Assembly (NCBI GenBank): GCA_016875535.1 | Contig: VGPF01000002.1 | Coordinates: forward strand, 73,856-137,855 | Length of the DNA: 64,000 nt | DNA from: Chloroflexota bacterium | Lineage (GTDB): Bacteria; Chloroflexota; Dehalococcoidia; SHYB01 | Reading direction: 5' to 3' | In this document: positions 26,952-37,631 of the stretch, one piece after another | How the letters are laid out: each line of letters opens with the position of its first letter | How positions within the stretch are numbered: position 1 is the stretch's first letter | The notes under the pieces: model-generated | What the model was told of the DNA's origin: nothing | Database searches by the model: none | The model's input: only the letters and a program-made list of their open reading frames with translations | Made by a program: the position numbers and the translations under genes

Positions 26952-27836
26952 CTAGCGCAGGCCCGCCTGCTTCAATGCCTCGGGGATGAGATGCTCCCAC
27001 CCCATGGCCATCATGTGGACGCCACGGCAGATGGGACGCAGCTCCCTGATGATGCGCGCGGCGATGGCGATAGAGGCGGCCTCCTTATCGCTCGCTGAGT
27101 CTATCTCGGCGATCAAGGCCTCGGGCACGTGGATGCCCGGTATCTTCTCGTTCATGTACCGCGCCTGCTTGGCGGACTTCAAGAAGATGATGCCGGGGAT
27201 CATGGCGGCATCCAGGCCGGGCACATGCTTGATGAAGGCGGCATATTGGCCCGGCTCGTAGACGGCCTGGGTCTGGATGAACTGCGCCCCTGCCGCGACC
27301 TTTTTGCGGAGCTTGACCAGCTCCGGCTCCTGGGTCTTCGCGCCAGGGTTCGCGACGGCGCCGATGCAGAAGTTAGGCGTGCCTTGGAGCTTGTTGCCCG
27401 CTAGGTCCTTGCCCGAATTGAGCTGTTTCACAGTCGCCACAAGGGCGACCACGTCCAGATCGTTAACGGCCTTCGCCTCAGGGTGATCGCCGGTGCCGGG
27501 AGGGTCGCCGGTGAGGCAGAGAACATTGCTGATGCCGAGGATGGATGCGCCGAGAAGATCGCCCTGCATCACGACCCTGTTGCGGTCGCGGCAGGTCATC
27601 TGCATGATGGGCTCGATGCCGCGATCCTGAAGGGCCTTGGCCAGCGCCCAGGGAGAGGCACGCATAACGGAGGCCTGCTGATCGGTGACGTTAAAGGCGT
27701 CAACAATGCCTTTGAGCCGCTCGGCGGCGGCAAGCGGGGCTAGGATATCGGTGCCCTTTGGGGGCGCAAGTTCGGCGGTGACGAGGAACTTCCCGGAAGC
27801 GATGGTGTCAGATAATCGGCTCAACCTATCCTCCAC
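26952..27836 (-). CDS. metF: methylenetetrahydrofolate reductase
   Basis: MTHFR fold motifs …VTAELAPPKG…, …NVLCLTGDPP…, …FIQTQAVYEP…. Confidence 0.82.
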   Translation of the reverse strand: MEDRLSRLSDTIASGKFLVTAELAPPKGTDILAPLAAAERLKGIVDAFNVTDQQASVMRASPWALAKALQDRGIEPIMQMTCRDRNRVVMQGDLLGASILGISNVLCLTGDPPGTGDHPEAKAVNDLDVVALVATVKQLNSGKDLAGNKLQGTPNFCIGAVANPGAKTQEPELVKLRKKVAAGAQFIQTQAVYEPGQYAAFIKHVPGLDAAMIPGIIFLKSAKQARYMNEKIPGIHVPEALIAEIDSASDKEAASIAIAARIIRELRPICRGVHMMAMGWEHLIPEALKQAGLR

Positions 27837-27892
27837 TTCTGCATGCCATTATATGGGCACACCTGGAGTCAGTCCAACGAACTCCCGCTATA

Positions 27893-28558
27893 ATGATGGC
27901 GCTCATGGGACTAGCCGAACGCCTCCGTAGACACGCCGCCGGACTCTGGCGCGCGAACCTTCGCCATCCCTTCGTGCACGGCATCGGCGACGGCTCGCTG
28001 CCCCTGGAGCGCTTCACCTACTTCCTGAAGCAGGACTACGTCTTCCTCATCGGCTACGCCAGGGCGCTCTCCCTGGCTTCAGCCAAGGCGCCGGACCATG
28101 AGGGCATGACGAAGTTCGCAGAACTGGCGCACGCGACACTCTCCCAGGAGATGGCGCTACACCGCCGCTACTGCGCAGGCTTCGCCATCAGCGCGAAAGC
28201 CCTTGAGCGCACCAACCCGGCAAGGGTCACGAGCGCCTATTCAGGTTATCTGATCCGAATCGCCAAGGCCGGCTCCATCCAGGAGATCGCGGCGGCGCTC
28301 TTGCCCTGCCAGTGGGGCTACAGCGACGTGGGGCTGCACCTAGCGAAGACGGGCGACCTTTCACCGAATAATCGCTACCGCGAGTGGATCGCCAGCTATG
28401 CCTCTCCCGAGTTCAAGGCAACGGCCGATTGGCTCCGCGGCTACCTGAACCGGCACGGGAAGGTCGTCACAGCGGCGCAGATGAAACGACTGGATACCAT
28501 CTTTGCCACGAGCGCGCGCCACGAATATGCTTTCTGGGAGATGGCGTGGCGCTCATGA
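27893..28558 (+). CDS. tenA: thiaminase II / aminopyrimidine aminohydrolase (TenA family)
   Basis: …HPFVHGIGDGSLPLERFTYFLKQDYVFL… and …PCQWGYSDVG… TenA signatures. Confidence 0.85.
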   Translation: MMALMGLAERLRRHAAGLWRANLRHPFVHGIGDGSLPLERFTYFLKQDYVFLIGYARALSLASAKAPDHEGMTKFAELAHATLSQEMALHRRYCAGFAISAKALERTNPARVTSAYSGYLIRIAKAGSIQEIAAALLPCQWGYSDVGLHLAKTGDLSPNNRYREWIASYASPEFKATADWLRGYLNRHGKVVTAAQMKRLDTIFATSARHEYAFWEMAWRS

Positions 28559-28586
28559 AGAAACATTGACGGCAACGGGAGCAGAC

Positions 28587-29471
28587 ATGGCAAGCATCAT
28601 TGACGGCAAGGCGATTTCCGAGCAGATTCTCAAGGAATCGGGCGAAGAGGTGACAAAGCTCAGGCAGAATGGCCTCACGCCCGGCCTGGCCGCGGTGCTG
28701 GTGGGCGATAACCCCGCATCTCAAGTTTATGTGCGCAACAAGACAAAGTCCTGCGAGCAGATCGGTATGTTCGCCGAGACGATCCGGATGCCGAAGGAGT
28801 CGCCACAGGAGGCAGTGGTGCAGAAGGTGCGCGGGCTGAATCGAGACCCTCGCTTCCACGGCATCCTTGTCCAGCTACCGCTGCCTTCGCACATAGACGA
28901 AGGGACGGTGGTGAACACGGTCGCGCCGGAGAAGGATGCCGATGGCCTCACTGCCGCCAGCATGGGCAGGCTCGCCTTAGGCGAGCCGATCTTCGTGCCT
29001 GCCACCGCCGCAGGCATCCAGCAATTGCTCCTGCGCACCGGCCACGACCCTGAGGGCAAGCACGTGGTGATCTGCGGGCGGAGCAACATCGTCAGCAAGC
29101 CGCTGGCGCTGCTCCTGGTGCAAAAGGCGAAGGGGGCGAACGCCACCGTGACGATGTGCCACACGCGCACCAAGGACATCGCCTCCTTCACGCGCCAGGC
29201 CGATATCCTGGTGGTCAGCACCGGCGTGGCGCAGTGGGTGAAAGGCGACATGGTGAAGCCGGGAGCTGTGGTGATAGACGTCGGCATCAATCGCATCAAC
29301 GACCCGACAACGAAGAGCGGCACGCGCCTGGTGGGCGATGTGGACTTCGCCAGCGTCAGCACAAAGGCCGCCGCCATCACACCCGTCCCCGGCGGCGTGG
29401 GACCGATGACCGTCGCCATGCTGGTGGCAAGCACCGTAAAGGCAGCGGCGCACTCGCTCAAGGCTAGATAG
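28587..29471 (+). CDS. folD: bifunctional methylenetetrahydrofolate dehydrogenase / methenyltetrahydrofolate cyclohydrolase
   Basis: MASIIDGKAISEQI…, …AAVLVGDNPASQVYVRNK…, …VVICGRSNIVSKPLALLL… ; start at ATG 28587 (track ORF has N-extension). Confidence 0.92.
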   Translation: MASIIDGKAISEQILKESGEEVTKLRQNGLTPGLAAVLVGDNPASQVYVRNKTKSCEQIGMFAETIRMPKESPQEAVVQKVRGLNRDPRFHGILVQLPLPSHIDEGTVVNTVAPEKDADGLTAASMGRLALGEPIFVPATAAGIQQLLLRTGHDPEGKHVVICGRSNIVSKPLALLLVQKAKGANATVTMCHTRTKDIASFTRQADILVVSTGVAQWVKGDMVKPGAVVIDVGINRINDPTTKSGTRLVGDVDFASVSTKAAAITPVPGGVGPMTVAMLVASTVKAAAHSLKAR

Positions 29472-29475
29472 CGCC

Positions 29476-30504
29476 GTGCCGCAGGATCTCCGGACGGCCG
29501 ATTTCGACTACCATCTGCCGCCGGAGCTTATCGCCCAGACACCTATCGAGCCGCGCGACCATTCGCGCCTGCTGGTGCTGAACCGCCGGGACGGCTCCAT
29601 CGAGCACCGCCGCTTTTTCGACCTGCCGTCCTATCTCCGCAGCAACGATCTGCTCGTCTTCAACGATAGTCGGGTTATCCCGGCACGCCTCCTCGGGCGA
29701 AAGGCGGGCTCCCAGGGCAAGGTAGAGCTTCTCCTGCTCCACCGGATAGGACCGAAGCGCTGGCAGGCGCTAGCCAAGCCTGGAAGGCGGTTGGGCCCTG
29801 GCATCAAGGTGGAGATCGAAGGGGCAAAAAAGCAGTACGTCCTCGAAATCGAGTCGAAGAGTGGCGATGGCACGGTGATCGTGCGACTCGACGACGAAGG
29901 CGTGATCGAGGAGTGCGGGCATGCGCCGCTGCCGCCGTACATCCAGGAGCGCCTCAGCGACCCGGAGCGCTATCAGACGGTCTACGCCCGGGTGAAGGGG
30001 AGCGCAGCGGCGCCGACGGCGGGGCTGCACTTTACGCCGGAGCTTTTGCAAAGGATCCAGCAACAGGGCGTGAAGTTCGCCTTCGTGACACTGCATGTTG
30101 GACTGGATACCTTCCGCCCAGTGGACGAGGCGGACCCGCGCGAGCATGTTATCCACAAGGAGTACTGCGAGCTCCCGCTGGAGACGGCAAGGGCCATCGC
30201 CGAGAGGCGCAAGCGGGGCGGGCGGATCATCGCGGTGGGGACGACGACGACGCGGGTGCTGGAGACGGCGGCAAAGGCGGGAGGCGTTGCCCCCTGGAAC
30301 GGCTGGACTTCGACCTATATCCTGCCGGGCCACACCTTCAGAGCGGTGGACGCCCTCATCACGAACTTCCACCTGCCGAAGTCAACGCTGCTGATGCTGG
30401 TGAGCGCCTTCGCGGGGAAGGCCTTGATTGACAAGGCCTACCGGGAGGCGATAGAACAGCGGTACCGCTTCTATAGCTTTGGGGATGCGATGCTGATTGA
30501 GTGA
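29476..30504 (+). CDS. queA: S-adenosylmethionine:tRNA ribosyltransferase-isomerase
   Basis: …DFDYHLPPELIAQTPIEPRDHSRLLVL… and …GRIIAVGTTTTRVLE… QueA signatures; GTG start. Confidence 0.92.
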   Translation: MPQDLRTADFDYHLPPELIAQTPIEPRDHSRLLVLNRRDGSIEHRRFFDLPSYLRSNDLLVFNDSRVIPARLLGRKAGSQGKVELLLLHRIGPKRWQALAKPGRRLGPGIKVEIEGAKKQYVLEIESKSGDGTVIVRLDDEGVIEECGHAPLPPYIQERLSDPERYQTVYARVKGSAAAPTAGLHFTPELLQRIQQQGVKFAFVTLHVGLDTFRPVDEADPREHVIHKEYCELPLETARAIAERRKRGGRIIAVGTTTTRVLETAAKAGGVAPWNGWTSTYILPGHTFRAVDALITNFHLPKSTLLMLVSAFAGKALIDKAYREAIEQRYRFYSFGDAMLIE

Positions 30505-30509
30505 ATGAA

Positions 30510-32489
30510 ATGCCTACACCAGTTGCACGTTCATTCTATTCAAACTCGATAGCAAAATTCCTCACGGAGGAACCTAGCCAAATTCTAGGCAAGCTAGCTG
30601 CGGCTAGTTCCTCCGACGACACTGGCGACCAGAAGAATGCCTGGCTGGAACAAATTAGGCTTCTGCAAAGAACTCTCCCCCCATTTCAACGCGGCCACAT
30701 TCTCTTCGAGTACTCGATCCCAAGAATCGGGAAGCGTATAGACAACATCATAATTCTAGATGGCATCATATTCGTCATCGAATTTAAGGTTCGCAGTTCG
30801 GGAGAAGCAAAACACCAGCTTCCTGATATTGAACAAGTCACCGATTACGCCCTCGACCTCAAGTACTTTCATTCCGCAAGCAGAGATGCCCCGATCATTC
30901 CAATCCTCTTTGATACCCATGCTCAATCGGCAAAGACTGAAGTTCGCATTGCCGAGGACATGGTTTCTAAATGTCTGCCAGCAAATCAAAGCACATTCGA
31001 AGATGTTATGAAGTCGGTGCTAAAGAAGGTTCCAGCCTCACACCTAGACCCGGTTACCTGGGAACGAGCCCATTACAGCCCTACTCCGACAATTATCGAA
31101 GCGGCGTGTGAGCTCTACAGAACCCACGCCGTCTTAGAGATTTCTCGCTCCGACGCAGCAAACCTTACTGAGACAACGGATGCCCTGTCACTGATCATTA
31201 GAGAAGCGAAGTCCAGCTCGCAGAAGTCGATCTGCTTTGTTACAGGAGTCCCAGGATCAGGCAAGACGCTTGCTGGATTAAACCTGGCTATAGCGCAACA
31301 AAATCAGGCCACTGACGAACACGCCACCTTTCTTTCTGGCAATGGCCCCTTGGTTCAGGTTCTTCAAGAGGCGCTAGCCAGATCTACAACTAAAGAGTCA
31401 CAAATCAAAACGACGAAGAAAAGCGCCCTCCGGAAGGTTAATGAGTTCGTCCAACCAATCCACCGCTTTCGTGATGAGGGTCTAAGAGATTTAGAGACTC
31501 CACCTACGGAAAAAGTGATTATCTTTGATGAGGCTCAAAGAGCGTGGAGTCAAGAGCAAACTGCAGACTTCATGAGAAGAAAAAGAAAGCAAGCCGATTT
31601 CTCGCAATCTGAACCTCAGTTCCTTATTAGCTACGTGAATCGTCACAAGAATTGGGCTGTCGTCATCTGCCTGGTCGGCGGGGGCCAGGAAATTAACACC
31701 GGTGAAGCAGGACTCTCCGAATGGTTCAAAGCCTTGGCTACGACATTTCCGGATTGGCACGTGCATGTCTCTGATAGACTTACTGACTCGGAATATGCCG
31801 TAGACGAGATTTTTTTCAAGAGCATCAACCCTTCAAAGTTGCATATCAATAACCACTTACATTTGGCCACTTCTATCAGATCTTTTCGATCTGAACATGT
31901 CTCCAATTTTGTGAAGGCTTTGCTTGATTGCGACATCGCTACCTCAATCGAGATGAAAAAGGCACTGAAAGAGAAATACCCACTAGTGCTGACACGCAAC
32001 CTCGATAGAGCAAAAGAATGGGTAAAGACAAACGCACGAGGGTCAGAGCGCTATGGATTGGTTGCCTCGTCAGGGGCCAAACGGCTAAGACCCTTAGGAA
32101 TCACAGTTCAAGCAGAAATTAATCCAGCAAATTGGTTCCTAAATCCATCATACGATGTTAGGTCATCATATTACCTTGAAGAAGTTGCTACAGAATTTGA
32201 TGTCCAAGGGCTTGAACTCGACTGGACCATCGTTGGATGGGATGCCGATTTTCGGTTCACCGAAGGAGCATGGCGCACTCTCTCATTCAGTGGCTTTAGC
32301 TGGAAGCAAATCAAGAGTCCAGTCCAGCAAGGCTATCGAAAGAACTCTTATCGTGTGCTTCTAACACGTGCTCGTCAGGGCATGGTAATATTCATCCCCC
32401 TGGGGGACTCCAGAGATAACACCCGGCGACCTGAATTCTACGACGGTACTTACAACTACCTGCGGCAAATCGGTGTTGAGGAAATCTAG
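30510..32489 (+). CDS. DUF2075/Schlafen-like P-loop NTPase (SF1 helicase-like) with N-terminal PD-(D/E)xK nuclease-like motif; horizontally acquired, candidate defence protein
   Basis: GC ~47% vs ~63% flanks; Walker A VTGVPGSGKT, DEAQ box KVIIFDEAQRAW, motif-VI-like YRVLLTRARQGMVIF; N-terminal …RIDNIIILDGIIFVIEFKV… D…ExK. Confidence 0.8.
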   Translation: MPTPVARSFYSNSIAKFLTEEPSQILGKLAAASSSDDTGDQKNAWLEQIRLLQRTLPPFQRGHILFEYSIPRIGKRIDNIIILDGIIFVIEFKVRSSGEAKHQLPDIEQVTDYALDLKYFHSASRDAPIIPILFDTHAQSAKTEVRIAEDMVSKCLPANQSTFEDVMKSVLKKVPASHLDPVTWERAHYSPTPTIIEAACELYRTHAVLEISRSDAANLTETTDALSLIIREAKSSSQKSICFVTGVPGSGKTLAGLNLAIAQQNQATDEHATFLSGNGPLVQVLQEALARSTTKESQIKTTKKSALRKVNEFVQPIHRFRDEGLRDLETPPTEKVIIFDEAQRAWSQEQTADFMRRKRKQADFSQSEPQFLISYVNRHKNWAVVICLVGGGQEINTGEAGLSEWFKALATTFPDWHVHVSDRLTDSEYAVDEIFFKSINPSKLHINNHLHLATSIRSFRSEHVSNFVKALLDCDIATSIEMKKALKEKYPLVLTRNLDRAKEWVKTNARGSERYGLVASSGAKRLRPLGITVQAEINPANWFLNPSYDVRSSYYLEEVATEFDVQGLELDWTIVGWDADFRFTEGAWRTLSFSGFSWKQIKSPVQQGYRKNSYRVLLTRARQGMVIFIPLGDSRDNTRRPEFYDGTYNYLRQIGVEEI

Positions 32490-32537
32490 AGTCCCTTCCG
32501 TTTACCCCTCCGCACTTTTGTTTTACACTAGAGCCCT

Positions 32538-32798
32538 ATGCGTGACCTTGAACTCTTAGCGCAGGAGCATTTCAAGCTCTGCCATGCCGAATCGCCACGG
32601 CACCGGGCGGAGCTCATCATCTGGTATGCAGACGTCGGCGTGGCAGTCGAAGGACAGAACGTCCAGTACCACTGCCCCGTGTGCGGCAAGATCGTTCATT
32701 CAACGGTGGACGAATTCGTCCACCACGAGACGCGCTGGGGCCTCACGTGCCCCGAGTGCAGGGCGAAATCGGAGTCTCGCCCCGGAGGCACAGACTAG
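32538..32798 (+). CDS. small hypothetical protein with two CxxC pairs (zinc-ribbon-like)
   Basis: 86-aa ORF, CPVC…CPEC; immediately downstream of the low-GC island. Confidence 0.5.
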   Translation: MRDLELLAQEHFKLCHAESPRHRAELIIWYADVGVAVEGQNVQYHCPVCGKIVHSTVDEFVHHETRWGLTCPECRAKSESRPGGTD

Positions 32799-32800
32799 CC

Positions 32801-33034
32801 ATGGCCGTGAAAGCGTACATCCTCGTTTCGACGGAGCCGGAGCACACGGCGCAGCTTCACGCCAAGCTGAAGAAGCTGAAACGCGTCAAAGAAGTCCACG
32901 AGGTGATGGGCCCCTACGATATCGTGATCGAGGTGAAGGCGAAGGAGCTGGCCGAGGTCACAGACCTCCTCCGGAAGTCCATCCGCCCGATGACGGGCGT
33001 TCGCAACACCACCACCTGCGTGGCGATGAACTAG
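32801..33034 (+). CDS. stand-alone Lrp/AsnC C-terminal (RAM) domain protein
   Basis: MAVKAYILVSTEPEHT…VKEVHEVMGPYDIVIEVKAKELAEV… RAM-domain pattern; start 3 nt after upstream stop. Confidence 0.65.
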   Translation: MAVKAYILVSTEPEHTAQLHAKLKKLKRVKEVHEVMGPYDIVIEVKAKELAEVTDLLRKSIRPMTGVRNTTTCVAMN

Positions 33035-33122
33035 CCGAGGACGCACCGAGTTACCCCGGCAGCCCTGCCCGGGCTTGCTTGCATCTCCTATACTGGGCGG
33101 ACCCCATCCGGTGAGGTTCGCC

Positions 33123-34358
33123 ATGACTACCCAGGATTTCGCAAAGCAGTTGGCAGACACGCACGCCAAGATCACGGACGAAGGCATCGCCAAGTTCCGA
33201 GAGCGCATCGGAGTCGTTGTGCCAAGGGAGAAGCCCTACAACGAGTACGCCGCCATTGACAGCATGCGCCACTTCGTCGAGTCCTACGGCGGTGACAACC
33301 CCCTCTACACCAATCCGGAATACGCCAAGGGCACGCGCTGGCGCAACATGATCGCCTCCCCCGAGTTTCTGACGACCACCGGCGTCAGCGAGGTCAAGGA
33401 GATACGGCCGGAGATCCGCAAGCGCGGCGAGCACGCCCTGGCGGGGGTCCACGAGTTCTTCTCAGGCGACGAGTGGGAGTGGTTCGCCCCTGTCTATGCC
33501 GGGGACTCCTTTATCCGCCGCTACTACCTCTATGACGTTGTGGAGAAGGAGCGGAGCCAGTTCTCCGGCGGCCGCTCCGTCATCACCAAGTACCGCTCCG
33601 ACTACATCAACCAGCGTGGAGAGCTTGTCGCCACGGACCGCTTTTATTTCATCAAAGTGGAGCGGGATGCCGCGGTGAAGACGGGGAAGAACAAGCACAT
33701 CGAGCGGACGCGCTACACGGTCGAGCAGATCAAAGAGATGGACGAGGCCTACAAGAACCAATTCCGTCGCGGGGCGGATGTGCTCTACTGGGAGGATGTG
33801 AAGGTGGGCGATAGCCTGCCGGCCCTAGTGAAGGGCCCCATGACGCTGACAGATATGATCGTCTGGTGCCGTGGCTGGGGCGGCGGCATGCAGCACACCA
33901 GGAACGCCTGGAAAGACCGCTCGCGCCATCCCAAGTTCTACTCCTTGAACGAGTGGGGCGTGCCGGACATCGTCGAGCGGGTGCACTGGGACGACGCCTG
34001 GGCGCAGAAGATCGGCAACCCGCGCGCCTATGATTTCGGCCGCATGCGCAGCGTCTACCTCTCCGAGCTGGTCACCAACTGGATGGGCGACGACGCCTGG
34101 CTATGGAAGCTTTCCAGCCAGTTCCGCGCCTTCAACTTCATGGGCGATGCCACTTGGTTCAAGGGCAAGATCACCGGGAAGAGCGTGACACCGGAAGGCA
34201 ACCACATCGTTGAACTGGAGCTGTGGGGAGAGAACGAGCGCCACGAGGTTACGGCCCCCGGGAACGCCACGGTCATCCTCTGCTCCCGCGAAAAGGGGCC
34301 GGTGCAGCTGCCTCGGCCTTCGGCGAAGACGGAAGGGACCGTGCCGCTGATATACTAG
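33123..34358 (+). CDS. hotdog-fold (MaoC-like) dehydratase/hydratase family protein, ~411 aa
   Basis: Coding-like long ORF; double hot-dog-like length and Trp/Gly-rich C-terminal half; family call tentative. Confidence 0.6.
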   Translation: MTTQDFAKQLADTHAKITDEGIAKFRERIGVVVPREKPYNEYAAIDSMRHFVESYGGDNPLYTNPEYAKGTRWRNMIASPEFLTTTGVSEVKEIRPEIRKRGEHALAGVHEFFSGDEWEWFAPVYAGDSFIRRYYLYDVVEKERSQFSGGRSVITKYRSDYINQRGELVATDRFYFIKVERDAAVKTGKNKHIERTRYTVEQIKEMDEAYKNQFRRGADVLYWEDVKVGDSLPALVKGPMTLTDMIVWCRGWGGGMQHTRNAWKDRSRHPKFYSLNEWGVPDIVERVHWDDAWAQKIGNPRAYDFGRMRSVYLSELVTNWMGDDAWLWKLSSQFRAFNFMGDATWFKGKITGKSVTPEGNHIVELELWGENERHEVTAPGNATVILCSREKGPVQLPRPSAKTEGTVPLIY

Positions 34359-34362
34359 GCGC

Positions 34363-35007
34363 ATGCCTCTGAAGCTCATCGTCTACTCGGACTACATCTG
34401 ACCCTGGTGCTACCTCGCCCTGGACCGGGTCGAGCGGCTGGAGAAGCAGTACGGCCTAGAGGTGGAGTGGCGCGCCTTTGAGCTGCATCCCGAGATCCCG
34501 CCGGAGGGGCGCGTCCTTACCCGCGACCCGGATCGCGTAAAGGCGGGGCGCGAGCGCCTTCTGAAAGCGGCGGCGGAAGACGGCGTGGAGATGCGCTTCC
34601 GCGAGCGAACCTCCAATTCCCGGCTGGCGCTGGAGGCCACAGAATATGCCCGCGACCAGGGCAAGGCCAACGGCTTCCACCACGCCCTCATGAAGGCCTA
34701 CTGGGTTGAGACGCGGGACATCGGCGACAGCGACGTTTTGACGGATGTGGCCGCGGCCTGCGGGCTGGACGCCGCGGAGCTGCGCCAGGCACTCACGGAC
34801 AGGCGCTACTCGGAAGAAGTCCAGCACCAGATAGACCTGGCGCGCCAGTTCAACATCTACGCCGTACCGTCCTTCATCTTCAGCCACAAGTTCCTGGTCC
34901 AAGGCTGCCAGCCGTACGACGTCTTCGAGCGCATCATGGAGGAGCATGTCCTGCCGGACGCCAGGGCGGCAAGGGGCGAGGCACAGAGCGAAGATAGCGC
35001 CTCGTAG
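34363..35007 (+). CDS. DsbA/FrnE-like thiol:disulfide oxidoreductase with in-frame TGA in the CxxC position (candidate selenoprotein, U-P-W-C)
   Basis: MPLKLIVYSDYI-TGA-PWCYLALDRVERLEKQ… continues in frame into the 34462..35007 ORF; TGA at 34399-34401 exactly where the family has the first active-site Cys; hairpin with bulged U begins ~13 nt after TGA. Confidence 0.6.
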
Positions 35008-35031
35008 CGCGCTTCGAGCGTACGAGGCTTG

Positions 35032-35072
35032 GGAAAAGCAAAGGGCCCGCCGGATCGGCGGGCCCTTTTTGT
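35032..35072. terminator. bidirectional intrinsic terminator (ends DsbA-like gene on + and the 16S transcript on -)
   Basis: A-tract-GGGCCCGCCG-gat-CGGCGGGCCC-TTTTTGTT. Confidence 0.65.
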
Positions 35073-35241
35073 TCACCTTAACCGGAGGATAGTAGAAGGA
35101 GTAGGGGTAAAAAGTTCATTTTGGGAGTTTGATCGAGTTATTACATCAATCAAACTTAGAAAAAGGTGCCTTCCGATCGCTCGGAAGGACCGACCTAGAA
35201 GCTAGCCTCTGGAGCCGAAGCTCCGGAGGAAGACTCCCTAG

Positions 35242-36735
<1,494 letters not shown>

Positions 36736-36832
36736 TGATTTACCTTACCTAATTCCTTCTACTATTCTCTTGTTAAGGTGCGCACCCCTCAGAGGCGCAA
36801 ACCACCCGCACAGGAGCGGGTGGAACCTAGTA

Positions 36833-36861
36833 ACTATACCTCGCGCGGCTTCGAGTGTCAA
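36833..36861 (-). promoter_or_regulatory. rRNA promoter for 16S (TTGACA-17-TATAGT)
   Basis: minus-strand TTGACA (36856-36861) and TATAGT (36833-36838) ~90 nt upstream of mature 16S 5' end; leader ATAGTAGAAGG complementary to trailer CCTTCTACTAT (processing stem). Confidence 0.5.
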
Positions 36862-36946
36862 TAGCTTTGGCGGTGACTTGCTCTCTCCATTTCCCCGGGT
36901 TCAGCCATGGGTATGAATCATCCGCGCGAACAATGGGCGCTACTCC

Positions 36947-37555
36947 TTACCGTATCACCGCCCCCGCGATCCGCAGCTCCGCATCGTTCGTGCGGTCCAG
37001 GTAGCCCCGGAGCCGACGCATCCACATCCGCGCCTCCTGGCCCTGGGCAGCTAGCGTGATTTCAGTCCCACCGGGTGCCTCTCGGGCGCCAATTTTGAGG
37101 ATTGCCGCCCGCATGGGGTTCTGCAGCCCTTGAACCAACGCCGCTTCAGCCATCGCAGGCCAGATGAGCTTTGGCCCCTGGTCGCGGCTGTGCTCGCCCA
37201 TCTGACTCGGCTTCATCCGGTTCAATTCGCGCCACATCAAAAAGTGGACGTCCGCCTGGAATTGCATCCCTTGCGGCGAGGTGGTGTTCACAGAGCCTGA
37301 GGCGAAGTTCCCGAAGCCGTTGGAGGTGAACATCTCGCGGATCACAAAGCGCACGGCGCGCGGCGGGAAGAGGACGGCGGTTTGAAGCGGATGTCGCAGA
37401 GGCTTGCGCAGGGTTAGGGCGCCGGCAACTCTGCCGACAGGCGCCCAGCGACGGGCGGTAAGCTCGCGGGACTGCATCTGGAGCCACGCCGCGATGGCCT
37501 CCAGCGCCACAGCCGGGGTCACGTTTCGCCTGAGGACCTCAGTCGCTACATCCAT
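36947..37555 (-). CDS. hypothetical protein (202 aa)
   Basis: High GC3, non-repetitive composition; no family recognised. Confidence 0.5.
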   Translation of the reverse strand: MDVATEVLRRNVTPAVALEAIAAWLQMQSRELTARRWAPVGRVAGALTLRKPLRHPLQTAVLFPPRAVRFVIREMFTSNGFGNFASGSVNTTSPQGMQFQADVHFLMWRELNRMKPSQMGEHSRDQGPKLIWPAMAEAALVQGLQNPMRAAILKIGAREAPGGTEITLAAQGQEARMWMRRLRGYLDRTNDAELRIAGAVIR

Positions 37556-37631
37556 CGTCCGGCACCAGACCAGTCCGCTAAAGAAACAGGCTCCCCGCGC
37601 GGGGAGCCTGTTGTTCCTGCACTATGCGACC

